From the NCBI GenBank assembly GCA_944363575.1, contig CALVUJ010000010.1, positions 19,817 through 83,816 of the forward strand: a stretch of 64,000 bases of DNA, given 5' to 3'. The position numbers and the translations under genes were made by a program. Of the stretch, positions 9,973-19,206 are shown in pieces. The notes beneath the pieces were generated by a model that did not search any database, was not told where the DNA came from, and was given only the letters and a program-made list of their open reading frames with translations. The stretch is from an uncultured Bacilli bacterium (GTDB taxonomy: Bacteria; Bacillota_I; Bacilli_A; RFN20; DUOF01). The first letter of the stretch is position 1. Every line of letters begins with the position of its first letter.

Positions 9973-11190
9973 TTATTCGGCGATAGCAGCTTTTAAGGCA
10001 TTCTTTCTTGCTAGAGCATCTTGTTTAGCAGCTTCGATTTGTGTGTTATATTTTTGTTCAAAATTCGTAAATAAAGTATTTTTAGTAGTATTAACGGCAT
10101 TATCAATTTCTGATGCTTTGTTTTGAAGAGTTGTTTTGATTTCTTCTGGCAAGTTGTTTTTAATGTTTTGTAAAGCAGTTTCAGCCGTTGTTAGACTTTG
10201 AATAACTAAATCAAAAGCACCATTGAAAGCAGTGAATGCTGCGTTATAAGAAGCAAGAGCATTATTGTATGATGCTTCTAATGCAGTAAGAGCTAATTTA
10301 GCAGCTTCTTTAAGAGTTCCTTCTTCCATGTTAGCTACTTCATTTCTTTTTTCTACTAGTTCATTTTTAGCGTTATTTAAATTATCTAAAGCTGTTTGAT
10401 ATAAACTATCTTCTTCTATTAAATAAGTTTTTCTTGTTTCTTCAATTTGTGCTTTAAGATCTTTTAAAGTATTTAAAGCAGCAGTGTATTGAGTAATAAC
10501 TTGTGAATAAGCTCCATCAATAGAAGAGATTATTTCTAATACTTTTTCATTTTCTGCTAGATTTAATTCATAATCTCTCATAGAAGTATATGCTTCTTTT
10601 AAACCTTGTGAATATAATTCTTTAGTTTCTGTTCTTATTTCTTGTAAGTGTTTAATTAAGTCTTCTTCACTTAGTTTGTTTAATTCTTCTTCTGCTAGAT
10701 TATAGTATTCTTTTACTGTTTCTTTGATTTTGTCAGTAGTGATTGCTGTAAAGTCACTAATAGTAGCAGTAATACCTTTTTCTTCTAGATAAGAAGTTAT
10801 TTGCTTTTTAGCCGATTCATAAAGCTTTTTAGCTTCGTTAGTGTTTCCTGAAATAGATATTGAAATTTCATTTTGGTTTGCTTCTACAGAGCCTTTTATG
10901 ATAAAGCCTGTTTCAGTAGCAACTTGAGTAAATAATTTAACTGCTTCATCGCTTGTTAAACCAATGAATGTTTCTCCAGCAAGGATAACGTTACCATCTT
11001 CATTTAGAGCAGTTACGCTTACTACCTTGTTGTCCTTGTCTAGTATAAATTCTACACTAGGGTTACAACTTACTTGCATTACTTTAGTTGTTTCATCGTC
11101 TTTATTGCAACTACAGCTTGCTAAAAGAATTGTTGAAAATACTAAAGTAAAAACTAAAAATAAATTTAAAAATCTTTTCATATGTTTCAC
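9973..11190 (-). CDS. Lipoprotein with a long Ala/Glu/Lys-rich coiled-coil C-terminal region.
   Basis: Signal peptide and lipobox LLASC|SCN are present. The C-terminus has heptad-like low-complexity sequence. Confidence 0.65.
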   Translation of the reverse strand: MKHMKRFLNLFLVFTLVFSTILLASCSCNKDDETTKVMQVSCNPSVEFILDKDNKVVSVTALNEDGNVILAGETFIGLTSDEAVKLFTQVATETGFIIKGSVEANQNEISISISGNTNEAKKLYESAKKQITSYLEEKGITATISDFTAITTDKIKETVKEYYNLAEEELNKLSEEDLIKHLQEIRTETKELYSQGLKEAYTSMRDYELNLAENEKVLEIISSIDGAYSQVITQYTAALNTLKDLKAQIEETRKTYLIEEDSLYQTALDNLNNAKNELVEKRNEVANMEEGTLKEAAKLALTALEASYNNALASYNAAFTAFNGAFDLVIQSLTTAETALQNIKNNLPEEIKTTLQNKASEIDNAVNTTKNTLFTNFEQKYNTQIEAAKQDALARKNALKAAIAE

Positions 11191-11203
11191 CTCTTTAATT
11201 AAA

Positions 11204-12940
11204 TTATATTATTTTTTTATCTTTTTTACTATAAGAAGTGTGTAATAATTCATGAGCTTTAGGTGAATGTGGATACTGTAAATATTTGCTGTATAATTCT
11301 TTTATTTGTGGATTGTTGTGTGATTGTCTAATATTCATCTTTTTATCTTCATCATATAGGGCTTTAGCTCTTTTGTAAGTATTAAATAAGATGTTGTCTT
11401 TTTCTTTTGTTTCTAGTTTAGATGATGTTATTTTTGGTTGCCCTGCACCATTTATACATCCTAAAGGACAAGCCATTACTTCAATGAAGTCGTATTTACT
11501 TGTTCCGTTTCTAATTTCATCTAGTACTTTACTAGCATTTGATAAGGAGTGAACTACGGCAACATTAACTTCATTACCATTTATATTTAAACTAGCTTCT
11601 TTTATTCCTTCACTTCCTCTTACATTTTCAAAACTTATTTTTTCATATTCTTGATTAGTTAGGGAGTAGTAAGCTGTTCTTAAGGCTGCTTCCATTACTC
11701 CTCCAGTTGTTCCAAAGATAACTCCTGCTCCAGAGAAATCGCCTAATAAGTCATTGTCAAATTTTTCATCTTCTAAGTCTTTAAAGTTAATACCAAATAG
11801 TTTTATTAGGTTAGCTAATTCTACGGTTGTTAAGACAATGTCTACATCGTTATCATTGCGATCTTTTTCTTCTTTTTTAGCACTACAAGGCATGATTGAT
11901 ACAACAACGATATCTTCTTTATTAATATTATTTATTTCAGCATAATATGATTTGATGATTGCTCCTTCCATCATGTGTGGAGATTTACATGTTGATAGGT
12001 GATTAAGTAGATCAGGGTAATAGTTTTCAGCATAGTTTATCCATCCTGGGCAACATGAGGTAATCATTGGTAAATTTTCTTTTTTTGTATATCTTTCTAT
12101 AAATTCAGTTGCCTCTTCCATGATGGTTAAGTCTGCACCAAAGTTAACATCATATACTTTACTGAAGCCTATTTGTTTTAGTGCTGATACCATTTTTCCT
12201 TCAACGTTAGTGCCGATAGGGTAATCAAATTCTTCCCCTAGGGCTGCTCTTATGGCTGGAGCTGTTTGAACAACAACATGTTTTCCTTCTTTTAGAGCTA
12301 CGAGTAAATCACGAATGTTTTCTTTAACCGTTAGAGCACCAGTAGGACATACTTTTGTACATTGGCCACAATAGGTGCATGGGACATCTTTAAATGATTT
12401 GTTAGCAACAGGGGCAACAATCGTTTTTAAACCTCTATTTTCAAAATCTAAAATACCTATGCCTTGAACTTTTTTGCACATTTCAATACATCTTCCACAT
12501 AAGATACATTTTGAAGTATCTCTAGTGAGAATTCCTGATAAGTCATCAATTGTTGTTTCTGTTTTTTGACCATGGTATCTTTCTGTTACATTTAGTTTTT
12601 TGGTTAAAGCTTGTAGTTCACAATTTTGGTTAGATGAACAATTTAAGCATTCTAAAGAATGATTAGAGATAATTAATTCTAAAGATTTTTTTCTAGCTTC
12701 AATTATTTCTAAAGTGTTAGTGAATATTTCCATTCCTTCATATATTTTGTTGTTGCATGCTGTTACATAGTTGCGGTTATTTTTTACTTCTACTAGACAT
12801 ACTCTGCAATTGCCTGATTGTACTAAATCTTTGTAGTGACATAGTGTGGGAATATCAATGTTTACTTTATGGCAGGCTTCAAGAATAGTTAAGCCTTCTT
12901 CAAAAGAGTATTCTTTATTATTTATTTTAATATTAATCAT
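11204..12940 (-). CDS. hydA: [FeFe]-hydrogenase catalytic subunit (HydA/HndD type) with an N-terminal 2Fe-2S ferredoxin-like domain and 4Fe-4S domains.
   Basis: H-cluster signatures TSCCPGW, IMPCSAKKEE and EVMACPLGCINGAGQP are present. ATG 12940 overlaps the hydB stop as ATGATTAA and is preceded by GGAGGTG. The ORF-track start at 12982 is upstream of this. Confidence 0.85.
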   Translation of the reverse strand: MINIKINNKEYSFEEGLTILEACHKVNIDIPTLCHYKDLVQSGNCRVCLVEVKNNRNYVTACNNKIYEGMEIFTNTLEIIEARKKSLELIISNHSLECLNCSSNQNCELQALTKKLNVTERYHGQKTETTIDDLSGILTRDTSKCILCGRCIEMCKKVQGIGILDFENRGLKTIVAPVANKSFKDVPCTYCGQCTKVCPTGALTVKENIRDLLVALKEGKHVVVQTAPAIRAALGEEFDYPIGTNVEGKMVSALKQIGFSKVYDVNFGADLTIMEEATEFIERYTKKENLPMITSCCPGWINYAENYYPDLLNHLSTCKSPHMMEGAIIKSYYAEINNINKEDIVVVSIMPCSAKKEEKDRNDNDVDIVLTTVELANLIKLFGINFKDLEDEKFDNDLLGDFSGAGVIFGTTGGVMEAALRTAYYSLTNQEYEKISFENVRGSEGIKEASLNINGNEVNVAVVHSLSNASKVLDEIRNGTSKYDFIEVMACPLGCINGAGQPKITSSKLETKEKDNILFNTYKRAKALYDEDKKMNIRQSHNNPQIKELYSKYLQYPHSPKAHELLHTSYSKKDKKII

Positions 12941-14804
12941 TGTTTTCACCTCCAGTGGTTTTTTCAATAGATTTGAAGGCACAGTTGCTCATACATAGTC
13001 CACATTTAATACATTTTTCAGGATCAATTTCAAATGGTTCTTTTCCAACTGTTCCAGAGATAGCATATACTGGGCAAAATCTAGCACATACACCACATTT
13101 ATGGCATTTTTCAGGGATAATATGGTATTTAATTAGTGATTTACAAACTTTAGCTCGACATTTATGTTCTTTAATATGTTCAAGATATTCTTCTTTGAAT
13201 TTATCTAAGGTAGATAAAACAGGATTAGGTGCACTTTGACCTAAACCACATAAGGAAGCTTTTTTTATGTAGTGAGCTAGTTTATCAAGTTCTTCTAGAT
13301 CACTTTCTTCTCCTTTTCCATCACTTATTTTTTCTAATAATTCTAGCATTCTAGTTGTTCCTATCCTACAAGGTGTACATTTACCGCATGATTCTTCGCA
13401 AATGAATTTTAAATAGAATTTTGCTACATCTATCATACAGTTATCTTCATCCATGACAATAATTCCTCCACTTCCCATCATGGAACCTTTGGCTAGTAGG
13501 CTATCAAAGTCAATTGGAGTATCTAAGTCTTCTTTAGTTAAGCATCCTCCACTTGGGCCTCCAGTTTGAATAGCTTTGAATTCCTTGTCATTAGCAATTC
13601 CTCCACCAATATCATAAATTAACTCTCTTAAGGTTGTTCCCATTGGTACTTCTACTAAACCGATGTTATTTACTTTACCGGCTAGTGCGAAAACTTTTGT
13701 TCCTTTAGATTTTTCTGTTCCAACACTTTTAAATCTTTCTACTCCACCTTCTTTTAAGATGAATGGTAAGTTTGCAAAAGTTTCAACATTGTTGATGATT
13801 GTTGGTTTTCCCCATAATCCTTTAATAGCAGGATATGGTGGTTTAGCGTTAGGCATTCCTCTTTTTCCTTCAATTGAAGCAATTAAAGCTGTTTCTTCTC
13901 CACATACGAAGGCTCCTGCTCCTAGTCTTATTTCAATATCAAAAGAGAAATTTGTTCCCATTATATTTTGTCCTAGTAGACCATATTCATACGCATCTTC
14001 AAGAGCTTTTTCTAATTTTTTAACAGCGCTTGGATATTCTGCTCTGATGTATACGTAACCTTTGCTAGCACCAATAGCATATCCTGCAATTATCATTCCT
14101 TCAATTACCGAATGTGGATTTCCTTCAAGAATGGCCCGATCCATGAAAGCACCAGGATCACCTTCGTCGGCATTACAAATGACATATTTTTTTTCATTTT
14201 GTTGGTTGTAGGCTGTTAACCATTTTTTACCAGTAGGGAAGCCTCCACCTCCTCTTCCTCTTAATCCTGATTCACTAACTTCTTCGATTACTTGTAAAGA
14301 AGTTAAAGAGGATAAACATCTTTTAAGTGCAGTATATCCTTTAATAGCAAAACATTCTTCAATTTTATGAGGATCAATGACACCACATCCATCTAGAGCA
14401 ATCTTTTTTTGCTTGTTATAGAAATCAATTAAGGAGATGTCTTTTGTTTTGTTGTAAAGTAGTCTTTCAACGATAACGTTATTTAATAAATGTGATTCAA
14501 AAATTTCAAAGATGTCTTGTTCTTTTACTTTGTGATAGGTAACGTTGTCAGGCATTATTTTTACAAAAGGTCCTTTAGAACAAAAACCGAAGCATCCAGT
14601 TAATTTTACTAAAAATCTATCTTGTAAATTTTTTTGATTAATAAGTAAATCAAATTTTTCTTTTAATTTTAAAGAATTGTTAGCAACACATCCAGAATCT
14701 CCACATATCAATATTACCTTTTTATTATCTTTAACTTCTTCTTTGAAAATATCTTGATTTTTAGTTATTTGTTCTTCAAATTGTTCAAAGTTATGAATTT
14801 TCAT
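12933..14804 (-). CDS. hydB: NuoF-like NADH-binding flavoprotein subunit of a multimeric hydrogenase (HydB/HndC). It has an N-terminal thioredoxin-like domain, an FMN/NADH site and C-terminal 2x[4Fe-4S] domains.
   Basis: Signature motifs GLRGRGGGGFPTGKKW, ESCGKCTPCR and CxxCxxCxxxCP x2 are present. Confidence 0.85.
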   Translation of the reverse strand: MKIHNFEQFEEQITKNQDIFKEEVKDNKKVILICGDSGCVANNSLKLKEKFDLLINQKNLQDRFLVKLTGCFGFCSKGPFVKIMPDNVTYHKVKEQDIFEIFESHLLNNVIVERLLYNKTKDISLIDFYNKQKKIALDGCGVIDPHKIEECFAIKGYTALKRCLSSLTSLQVIEEVSESGLRGRGGGGFPTGKKWLTAYNQQNEKKYVICNADEGDPGAFMDRAILEGNPHSVIEGMIIAGYAIGASKGYVYIRAEYPSAVKKLEKALEDAYEYGLLGQNIMGTNFSFDIEIRLGAGAFVCGEETALIASIEGKRGMPNAKPPYPAIKGLWGKPTIINNVETFANLPFILKEGGVERFKSVGTEKSKGTKVFALAGKVNNIGLVEVPMGTTLRELIYDIGGGIANDKEFKAIQTGGPSGGCLTKEDLDTPIDFDSLLAKGSMMGSGGIIVMDEDNCMIDVAKFYLKFICEESCGKCTPCRIGTTRMLELLEKISDGKGEESDLEELDKLAHYIKKASLCGLGQSAPNPVLSTLDKFKEEYLEHIKEHKCRAKVCKSLIKYHIIPEKCHKCGVCARFCPVYAISGTVGKEPFEIDPEKCIKCGLCMSNCAFKSIEKTTGGENND

Positions 14805-15285
14805 TCATTAAGACCTCCTTATCTTTATACTCTTTAATAATTTTATCAACATCTGCTATTTTTACATGGGGATATATTTTGCCATTTACGGTAACAACAG
14901 GTGCTAAAGAACAGGCTCCTACACACCTTAAGATATCAATAGAAAATAACCCATCTTCTGTTGTTTCTCCTGGTTTTATTTTTAATTTATTACAAAATTC
15001 ATCAATTATACCTTGAGTTCCTTTTACATAGCAGGCTGTTCCAAAACAAGTGCTAATAACATATTTTCCTTTAGGTTTTAAAGAGAAGTAAGAATAGAAA
15101 GTTACAACACCATATATTTCACTTACTGGTATATTAAGGGCTTCTGCTACTATTTGTTGTACTTCTAAATCAATGTATCCAAATTTATTTTGAATATCAC
15201 TTAATATCATCATTAATGGGGTTTCCATGTTTTTTCTTTTTTCTATAATATTGTATATTTCTTCTTTGCTTTTACTACTTATCAT
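14791..15285 (-). CDS. hydC: NuoE-like [2Fe-2S] subunit (HydC/HndA).
   Basis: The protein carries the thioredoxin-like ferredoxin signature CxxxxC...CxxxC (GTACYVKG...RCVGACSLAPV). Start ATG 15285 is preceded by GAGGTG. Confidence 0.8.
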   Translation of the reverse strand: MISSKSKEEIYNIIEKRKNMETPLMMILSDIQNKFGYIDLEVQQIVAEALNIPVSEIYGVVTFYSYFSLKPKGKYVISTCFGTACYVKGTQGIIDEFCNKLKIKPGETTEDGLFSIDILRCVGACSLAPVVTVNGKIYPHVKIADVDKIIKEYKDKEVLMNENS

Positions 15286-15305
15286 TAATAATTTCACCTC
15301 TTTTT

Positions 15306-15320
15306 TGATTTTATCATAAA
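15306..15320 (-). promoter_or_regulatory. Candidate extended -10 promoter (TGATAAAAT on the minus strand) for hydCBA.
   Basis: The reverse complement of 15301-15420 contains tttTATGATAAAATc about 35 nt upstream of the hydC RBS. Confidence 0.35.
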
Positions 15321-15436
15321 ATGATTTTTTGTAGGTGTTTATGAGGCTTAAAAATAAAAAAAATATTGGTAGTTGTTAAGATATGGTCTTAATTTAGAAA
15401 AAAATGAATATTTATTAATGTAAAAATAAGGAAATT

Positions 15437-15445
15437 TGCTATAAT
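15437..15445 (+). promoter_or_regulatory. Extended -10 promoter TGcTATAAT for mgtC, divergent from the hydrogenase operon.
   Basis: TGCTATAAT lies at 15437-15445. The RBS GAGGTG is 7 nt upstream of GTG 15467. Confidence 0.5.
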
Positions 15446-15466
15446 TTAGGGGCGTGAGGTGATAGT

Positions 15467-16165
15467 GTGGATGCTTGGATAGATTCGTTTTTAGATAATA
15501 GTTTTGAGCTATTAGTTTTGGTGAGAATTTTGTTATCTTTTTTGTTAGGCTTTATTTTGGGATTTGAAAGAGAACTTTATAAAAGGCCAGCAGGGTTAAG
15601 AACGCACATTTTAGTATGTATGGCATCGTGTCTTATAATGCTTGTTTCTATGTATGGGTTTGGTGAAAAGGGAGATCCTTCTAGATTGGCTGCTCAAGTT
15701 GTTAGTGGTATTGGTTTTTTAGGAGCTGGTGCGATTATTAGAGGAGATAAGGATATTAAAGGTATTACTACTGCGGCGACAATTTGGATGAGTGCGATGA
15801 TAGGTTTAGCATGTGGTAATGGGTTTTATTTTGGAGCTATTTTGTGTGCTGTTGGCACGTTGGGTATTTTAACTGTTTTTAGAAGATTTGAAATGAGAAT
15901 GGCTGCATCTAGCAAATATAAATCAAAGGTGTTTTTTACTATAGATTTTGGTGATGATGCGATGGAAAATATTAGAGGGTATTTGAAGGAGTGTAATTTG
16001 TTAATTAGCGATATTAATTCTAAAGTAAGTATTGTTGATGATAAAAAGGTTATGAAAGTAACTATTACTTTTGAGAGGGATTGTAGTTTGGATAGTTTGT
16101 ATGAGTTTGTAGATAAAGTGGAGAAAGAGTATAGTCCTGTGGAGCTTAAGTTATCTCATGAGTAA
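15467..16165 (+). CDS. mgtC: MgtC/SapB family membrane protein.
   Basis: The N-terminus LLGFILGFERELYKRPAGLRTHILV is the MgtC signature. Confidence 0.8.
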   Translation: MDAWIDSFLDNSFELLVLVRILLSFLLGFILGFERELYKRPAGLRTHILVCMASCLIMLVSMYGFGEKGDPSRLAAQVVSGIGFLGAGAIIRGDKDIKGITTAATIWMSAMIGLACGNGFYFGAILCAVGTLGILTVFRRFEMRMAASSKYKSKVFFTIDFGDDAMENIRGYLKECNLLISDINSKVSIVDDKKVMKVTITFERDCSLDSLYEFVDKVEKEYSPVELKLSHE

Positions 16166-16221
16166 TGAAAAGTTTTTGGTAGAAGCTTAATAAAATAATA
16201 AGAAAGAGAAGGTGTATGGAT

Positions 16222-16947
16222 ATGGCACAATACATTTATGGGAGGAATGTTATTGTTTCAAGATTGAAAGAAGCGAAAGATATTGATGAAATTTATTTGT
16301 TAGATTCTTTTAAAGATAAAAGTATTTTAAGTTTGATTAATGATAATAAAGTTAAGGTTGTTTGGTGTAAGAAGAGTAGATTGGATAGTTTAGTGGGGAA
16401 TGAGTTTCATCAAGGTATTGTGGCTAAAGTGCACACTTATGAGTATTATGATTTTAATAAGTTAATTGAAGGATTAAAAGATAAAGAGAAACCTTTATTG
16501 GTTATGTTAGATGGGGTTGAGGATCCACATAATTTAGGGGCTATTCTTAGAAGTTGTGAGGCTATTGGTGTTGATGGGGTTATTGTTTCTAAGAGGCATA
16601 CGTGTCCATTGAATTCAACGGTAGCGAAGACTTCTACTGGTGCTATTGAGTTAGTGAAAGTAAGTGAAGTTTCTAATCTTAATAATGCGATTAGGAAATT
16701 AAAAGATGAAGGTTATTGGATTGTTGGAGCAGAGGCTAATAATTCAGTTGATTATCGTGAAGTTAATTATAATGATAAGATAGTGCTTGTTGTAGGGTCT
16801 GAAGGTAAGGGTATTTCTAAGTTAGTGTTAGATAATTGTGATTTTAAGGTTAGGCTTCCAATGGTTGGTAAGGTTAATTCTTTGAATGTTTCAGTAGCGT
16901 GTGCTGTTCTTTTATATCAAGTTTACAATAATAGATCTCCTTTATAG
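16222..16947 (+). CDS. rlmB: 23S rRNA (guanosine-2'-O)-methyltransferase, TrmH/SpoU family (YacO/RlmB).
   Basis: The N-terminus MAQYIYGRNVI is RlmB-like, and the SpoU methylase motifs ILRS and VVGSEGKGIS are present. The gene sits at the expected yacO position before sigH. ATG 16216 is also possible as the start. Confidence 0.8.
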   Translation: MAQYIYGRNVIVSRLKEAKDIDEIYLLDSFKDKSILSLINDNKVKVVWCKKSRLDSLVGNEFHQGIVAKVHTYEYYDFNKLIEGLKDKEKPLLVMLDGVEDPHNLGAILRSCEAIGVDGVIVSKRHTCPLNSTVAKTSTGAIELVKVSEVSNLNNAIRKLKDEGYWIVGAEANNSVDYREVNYNDKIVLVVGSEGKGISKLVLDNCDFKVRLPMVGKVNSLNVSVACAVLLYQVYNNRSPL

Positions 16948-16958
16948 GGGGGATTTTA

Positions 16959-17528
16959 TTGTTTCTAAACGAAGTAAGTGATGATTGGCTTCTTTGTTTA
17001 TCTAGGGAAGGTAATCAAGATGCGATTGATTTGCTATATGAGAGATATAGTAAGTTTTTGTATGGGATTATTAATGAGTTTTTTAAAAGTAAATTGGTGT
17101 ATGTAGATTATAAGGATATGTTTCAAGAATGTATTATTGTTTTTCTTGGCTGTGTACAGAAGTATGATGAGGATGTGGGATGTTTTTATTTTTTTGTGAA
17201 GATGGCAGTGGAGAGGAGGCTTATTGATAATCTTGCTAAGATAAGTAAAGTTAAAATGGTGGCTTCATTAGATGAGCTTATTTATGATAATGGTAATGAG
17301 ACTTTGCTAGATTATGTAGCGGAGTCTAGTGATGGTGAATACAACTGGTTATATGAGGAGTTAGTGGTAAGAATTGATGAGGAGAGTAGGCGTATTGTTG
17401 ATTTGAAGATGGTTGGTTATGCGTATCATGAAATAGCTTTGATTTTGAATACTAGTAAGCAGTCTGTATATCGGAGGGTAGTTAAAATTAAAAACATTCT
17501 AAAAGATATAATAGAAAAAATTGACTAA
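16959..17528 (+). CDS. sigH: Sigma-70 family sigma factor, SigH-like.
   Basis: Region 2 (YERYSKFLYGIINEF) and a region-4 HTH (YHEIALILNTSKQSVYRRV) are present. The gene lies in conserved synteny between yacO and rpmG-secE-nusG. TTG start. Confidence 0.7.
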   Translation: MFLNEVSDDWLLCLSREGNQDAIDLLYERYSKFLYGIINEFFKSKLVYVDYKDMFQECIIVFLGCVQKYDEDVGCFYFFVKMAVERRLIDNLAKISKVKMVASLDELIYDNGNETLLDYVAESSDGEYNWLYEELVVRIDEESRRIVDLKMVGYAYHEIALILNTSKQSVYRRVVKIKNILKDIIEKID

Positions 17529-17578
17529 AGATAAAATTTATGATAAAGTTTAACGGAATGAAATAGGTGATTGATAAA

Positions 17579-17728
17579 ATGAGGGAAAAAGTTATACTTA
17601 TTTGTAGTAAGTGCTTATCTAGAAATTATACTTCATCTAGGAAAAAATATGATGTTAATAAGAAGATCGAAATATTGAAGTATTGTCCAAAGTGTAATGA
17701 ACATACACTTCATAAAGAGAGTAAGTAA
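17579..17728 (+). CDS. rpmG: 50S ribosomal protein L33. This 49-aa gene is absent from the ORF track.
   Basis: The translation MREKVILICSKCLSRNYTSSRKKYDVNKKIEILKYCPKCNEHTLHKESK has the CxxC...CxxC L33 zinc-ribbon signature. The position immediately before secE is canonical. Confidence 0.85.
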   Translation: MREKVILICSKCLSRNYTSSRKKYDVNKKIEILKYCPKCNEHTLHKESK

Positions 17729-17739
17729 GGAGGGTTAAC

Positions 17740-17967
17740 ATGAAAAAGTTTTTTAGGGCTATCGGTCGTTTTTTTAAGAAGATAGGTTATGCGATTGCTA
17801 GTTTCTTTGTTTTAACTTTTAGAGAAATGAAAAAAGTTAGATGGCCAGATAAGAAATTGATGATTGATGCTTCTAAAATCGTGTTAGCTTTTATTTTTTT
17901 GTTTGGGTTGTATATAGTTTTTGATGATTTTATTATTGCTAAGTTGTTACAATGGATTAATTATTAG
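17740..17967 (+). CDS. secE: Preprotein translocase subunit SecE.
   Basis: RBS AAGGAGGG is present. The protein is 75 aa with a single C-terminal TM helix, in the synteny position before nusG. Confidence 0.9.
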   Translation: MKKFFRAIGRFFKKIGYAIASFFVLTFREMKKVRWPDKKLMIDASKIVLAFIFLFGLYIVFDDFIIAKLLQWINY

Positions 17968-17984
17968 AGTGGGAGTTGAAAGAA

Positions 17985-18539
17985 ATGGAAAATGTAGAGA
18001 AAAAATGGTATGTTGTTAATACGTATTCAGGGCATGAAAATAAAGTAAAGATTAATCTTGAGAGAAGAATTGAGTCTATGAATATGCAAGATTATATTTT
18101 TAGGGTTATAGTAGCAGAGCATCCTGTTCCTGTTTTAAAAGATGGAATGCCTACGGATAAGATTAAGATGAAGAATACATATCCTGGGTATTTGTTTGTT
18201 GAAATGTATATGACAGATGAAGCATGGTATGTAGTTCGTAATACTCCTGGTGTTACAGGGTTTATTGGTTCTAGTGGTAGGGGTGCTAAGCCATTCCCGG
18301 TTCCTAAAGAGCAAATTGAGTCTGTGTTAAAGGGTATAGGAGTAGTAGAAGAGGGTATGTACTCTGATTATAAAGTTGGGGATGTTGTGAAAATTCTTCG
18401 TGGGCCTTTGATGGGAAGTGAAGGAATAATTCAAGAAGTAGATGTTACTAAGAGTATTGTTAGAGTTAGTTCAGTATTTTTTGGTAGAGAGACATCGGTG
18501 GAAGTTGATTTTGCTGATGTAGATAAGGTTAATAAATAA
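17985..18539 (+). CDS. nusG: Transcription termination/antitermination factor NusG.
   Basis: The NGN domain (KKWYVVNTYSGHENKV) and a C-terminal KOW motif (VGDVVKILRGPLMGSEGIIQEV) are present. Alternative TTG start at 17976. Confidence 0.9.
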   Translation: MENVEKKWYVVNTYSGHENKVKINLERRIESMNMQDYIFRVIVAEHPVPVLKDGMPTDKIKMKNTYPGYLFVEMYMTDEAWYVVRNTPGVTGFIGSSGRGAKPFPVPKEQIESVLKGIGVVEEGMYSDYKVGDVVKILRGPLMGSEGIIQEVDVTKSIVRVSSVFFGRETSVEVDFADVDKVNK

Positions 18540-18809
18540 AAGTTAATGAAAAGCATTAAATTTTAAGTAAAGTAGTATTTGTGGTGTTTTGTTTGTAGAA
18601 AGAATAATTATAAGTTTTGGTTATAATTATTTTTTTTATTATATTTTTATAAATTATTTATAATTAATTTTTTTAATATATTTATGTTGTTTTTTAGTCT
18701 TTAAATGATTTCTCGTGATATTTTTTGTGATGTGATGATTGGATTTGTAAAGAAGAAAAACATGAATATTAGGTGGGATGAAAGTATAATAATTGTTTTT
18801 AAATATATT

Positions 18810-18822
18810 GTATCAATGATAC
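18810..18822. promoter_or_regulatory. Perfect 6-1-6 palindrome GTATCA-a-TGATAC immediately upstream of the first gene of the inserted cassette. Candidate operator for the HTH antitoxin.
   Basis: Read directly from the sequence. It overlaps the RBS/start region of the 18829 ORF. Confidence 0.35.
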
Positions 18823-18828
18823 GGAGAG

Positions 18829-19185
18829 ATGGTTAATCTGATTAGCACTGGTGTTAGTGTAAGTAAAGTTGTAACGGATGAGATAATATATAAAATAGAG
18901 AAGTATGATTTTATTGTAATACCAAGGGAGAAGAATGTGGATTTTTTTAGGAAGTATCGATTGAATAAGACTAAAGTTAGAGAGATGAAATGGCAAGATT
19001 ATGTTGATGAGGTAGAGGATTATGATGGATTTAAACATGGATTAGATTTTCTTGTTATATTTGAGAAAGAAGTGAAGTTAACTAATTTTCATGGTGTAGA
19101 TGAGTATATAACTATTTATGTTAAAGTTAAAAATGTAGAGGGAAGGAAAGTGCCGGTTGTTTCTTTTCGTAAGAGTGAAGGGTAA
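18829..19185 (+). CDS. Small protein (118 aa), candidate MqsR-like RelE-fold mRNA interferase toxin.
   Basis: The gene is first in a three-gene cassette, directly upstream of an MqsA-like antitoxin (toxin-first order as in mqsRA). The protein ends in ..GLDF...YITIYVKV...VPVVSFRKSEG, resembling the MqsR C-terminal region (..GLDFDG...YLKITVI...LIVSFKEK) as I recall it. Confidence 0.5.
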   Translation: MVNLISTGVSVSKVVTDEIIYKIEKYDFIVIPREKNVDFFRKYRLNKTKVREMKWQDYVDEVEDYDGFKHGLDFLVIFEKEVKLTNFHGVDEYITIYVKVKNVEGRKVPVVSFRKSEG

Positions 19186-19206
19186 TTTATAGAGGAGGAT
19201 AGTGTG

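Noticed and set aside
10964-11245. 93-aa plus-strand ORF overlapping the lipoprotein and hydA ends.
   Set aside because: Overlaps two convergent, well-supported genes. Low-complexity product.
11754-14058. Plus-strand ORFs 11754-11945, 12940-13239 and 13663-14058 inside hydA/hydB.
   Set aside because: Antisense to genes that are conserved motif for motif. Proteins are Ser/Leu-rich with no starts or RBS.
15446-15466. Possible M-box (Mg2+) riboswitch upstream of mgtC.
   Set aside because: Only about 25 nt separate the -10 element from the start codon, which leaves no room for a ~160-nt M-box.
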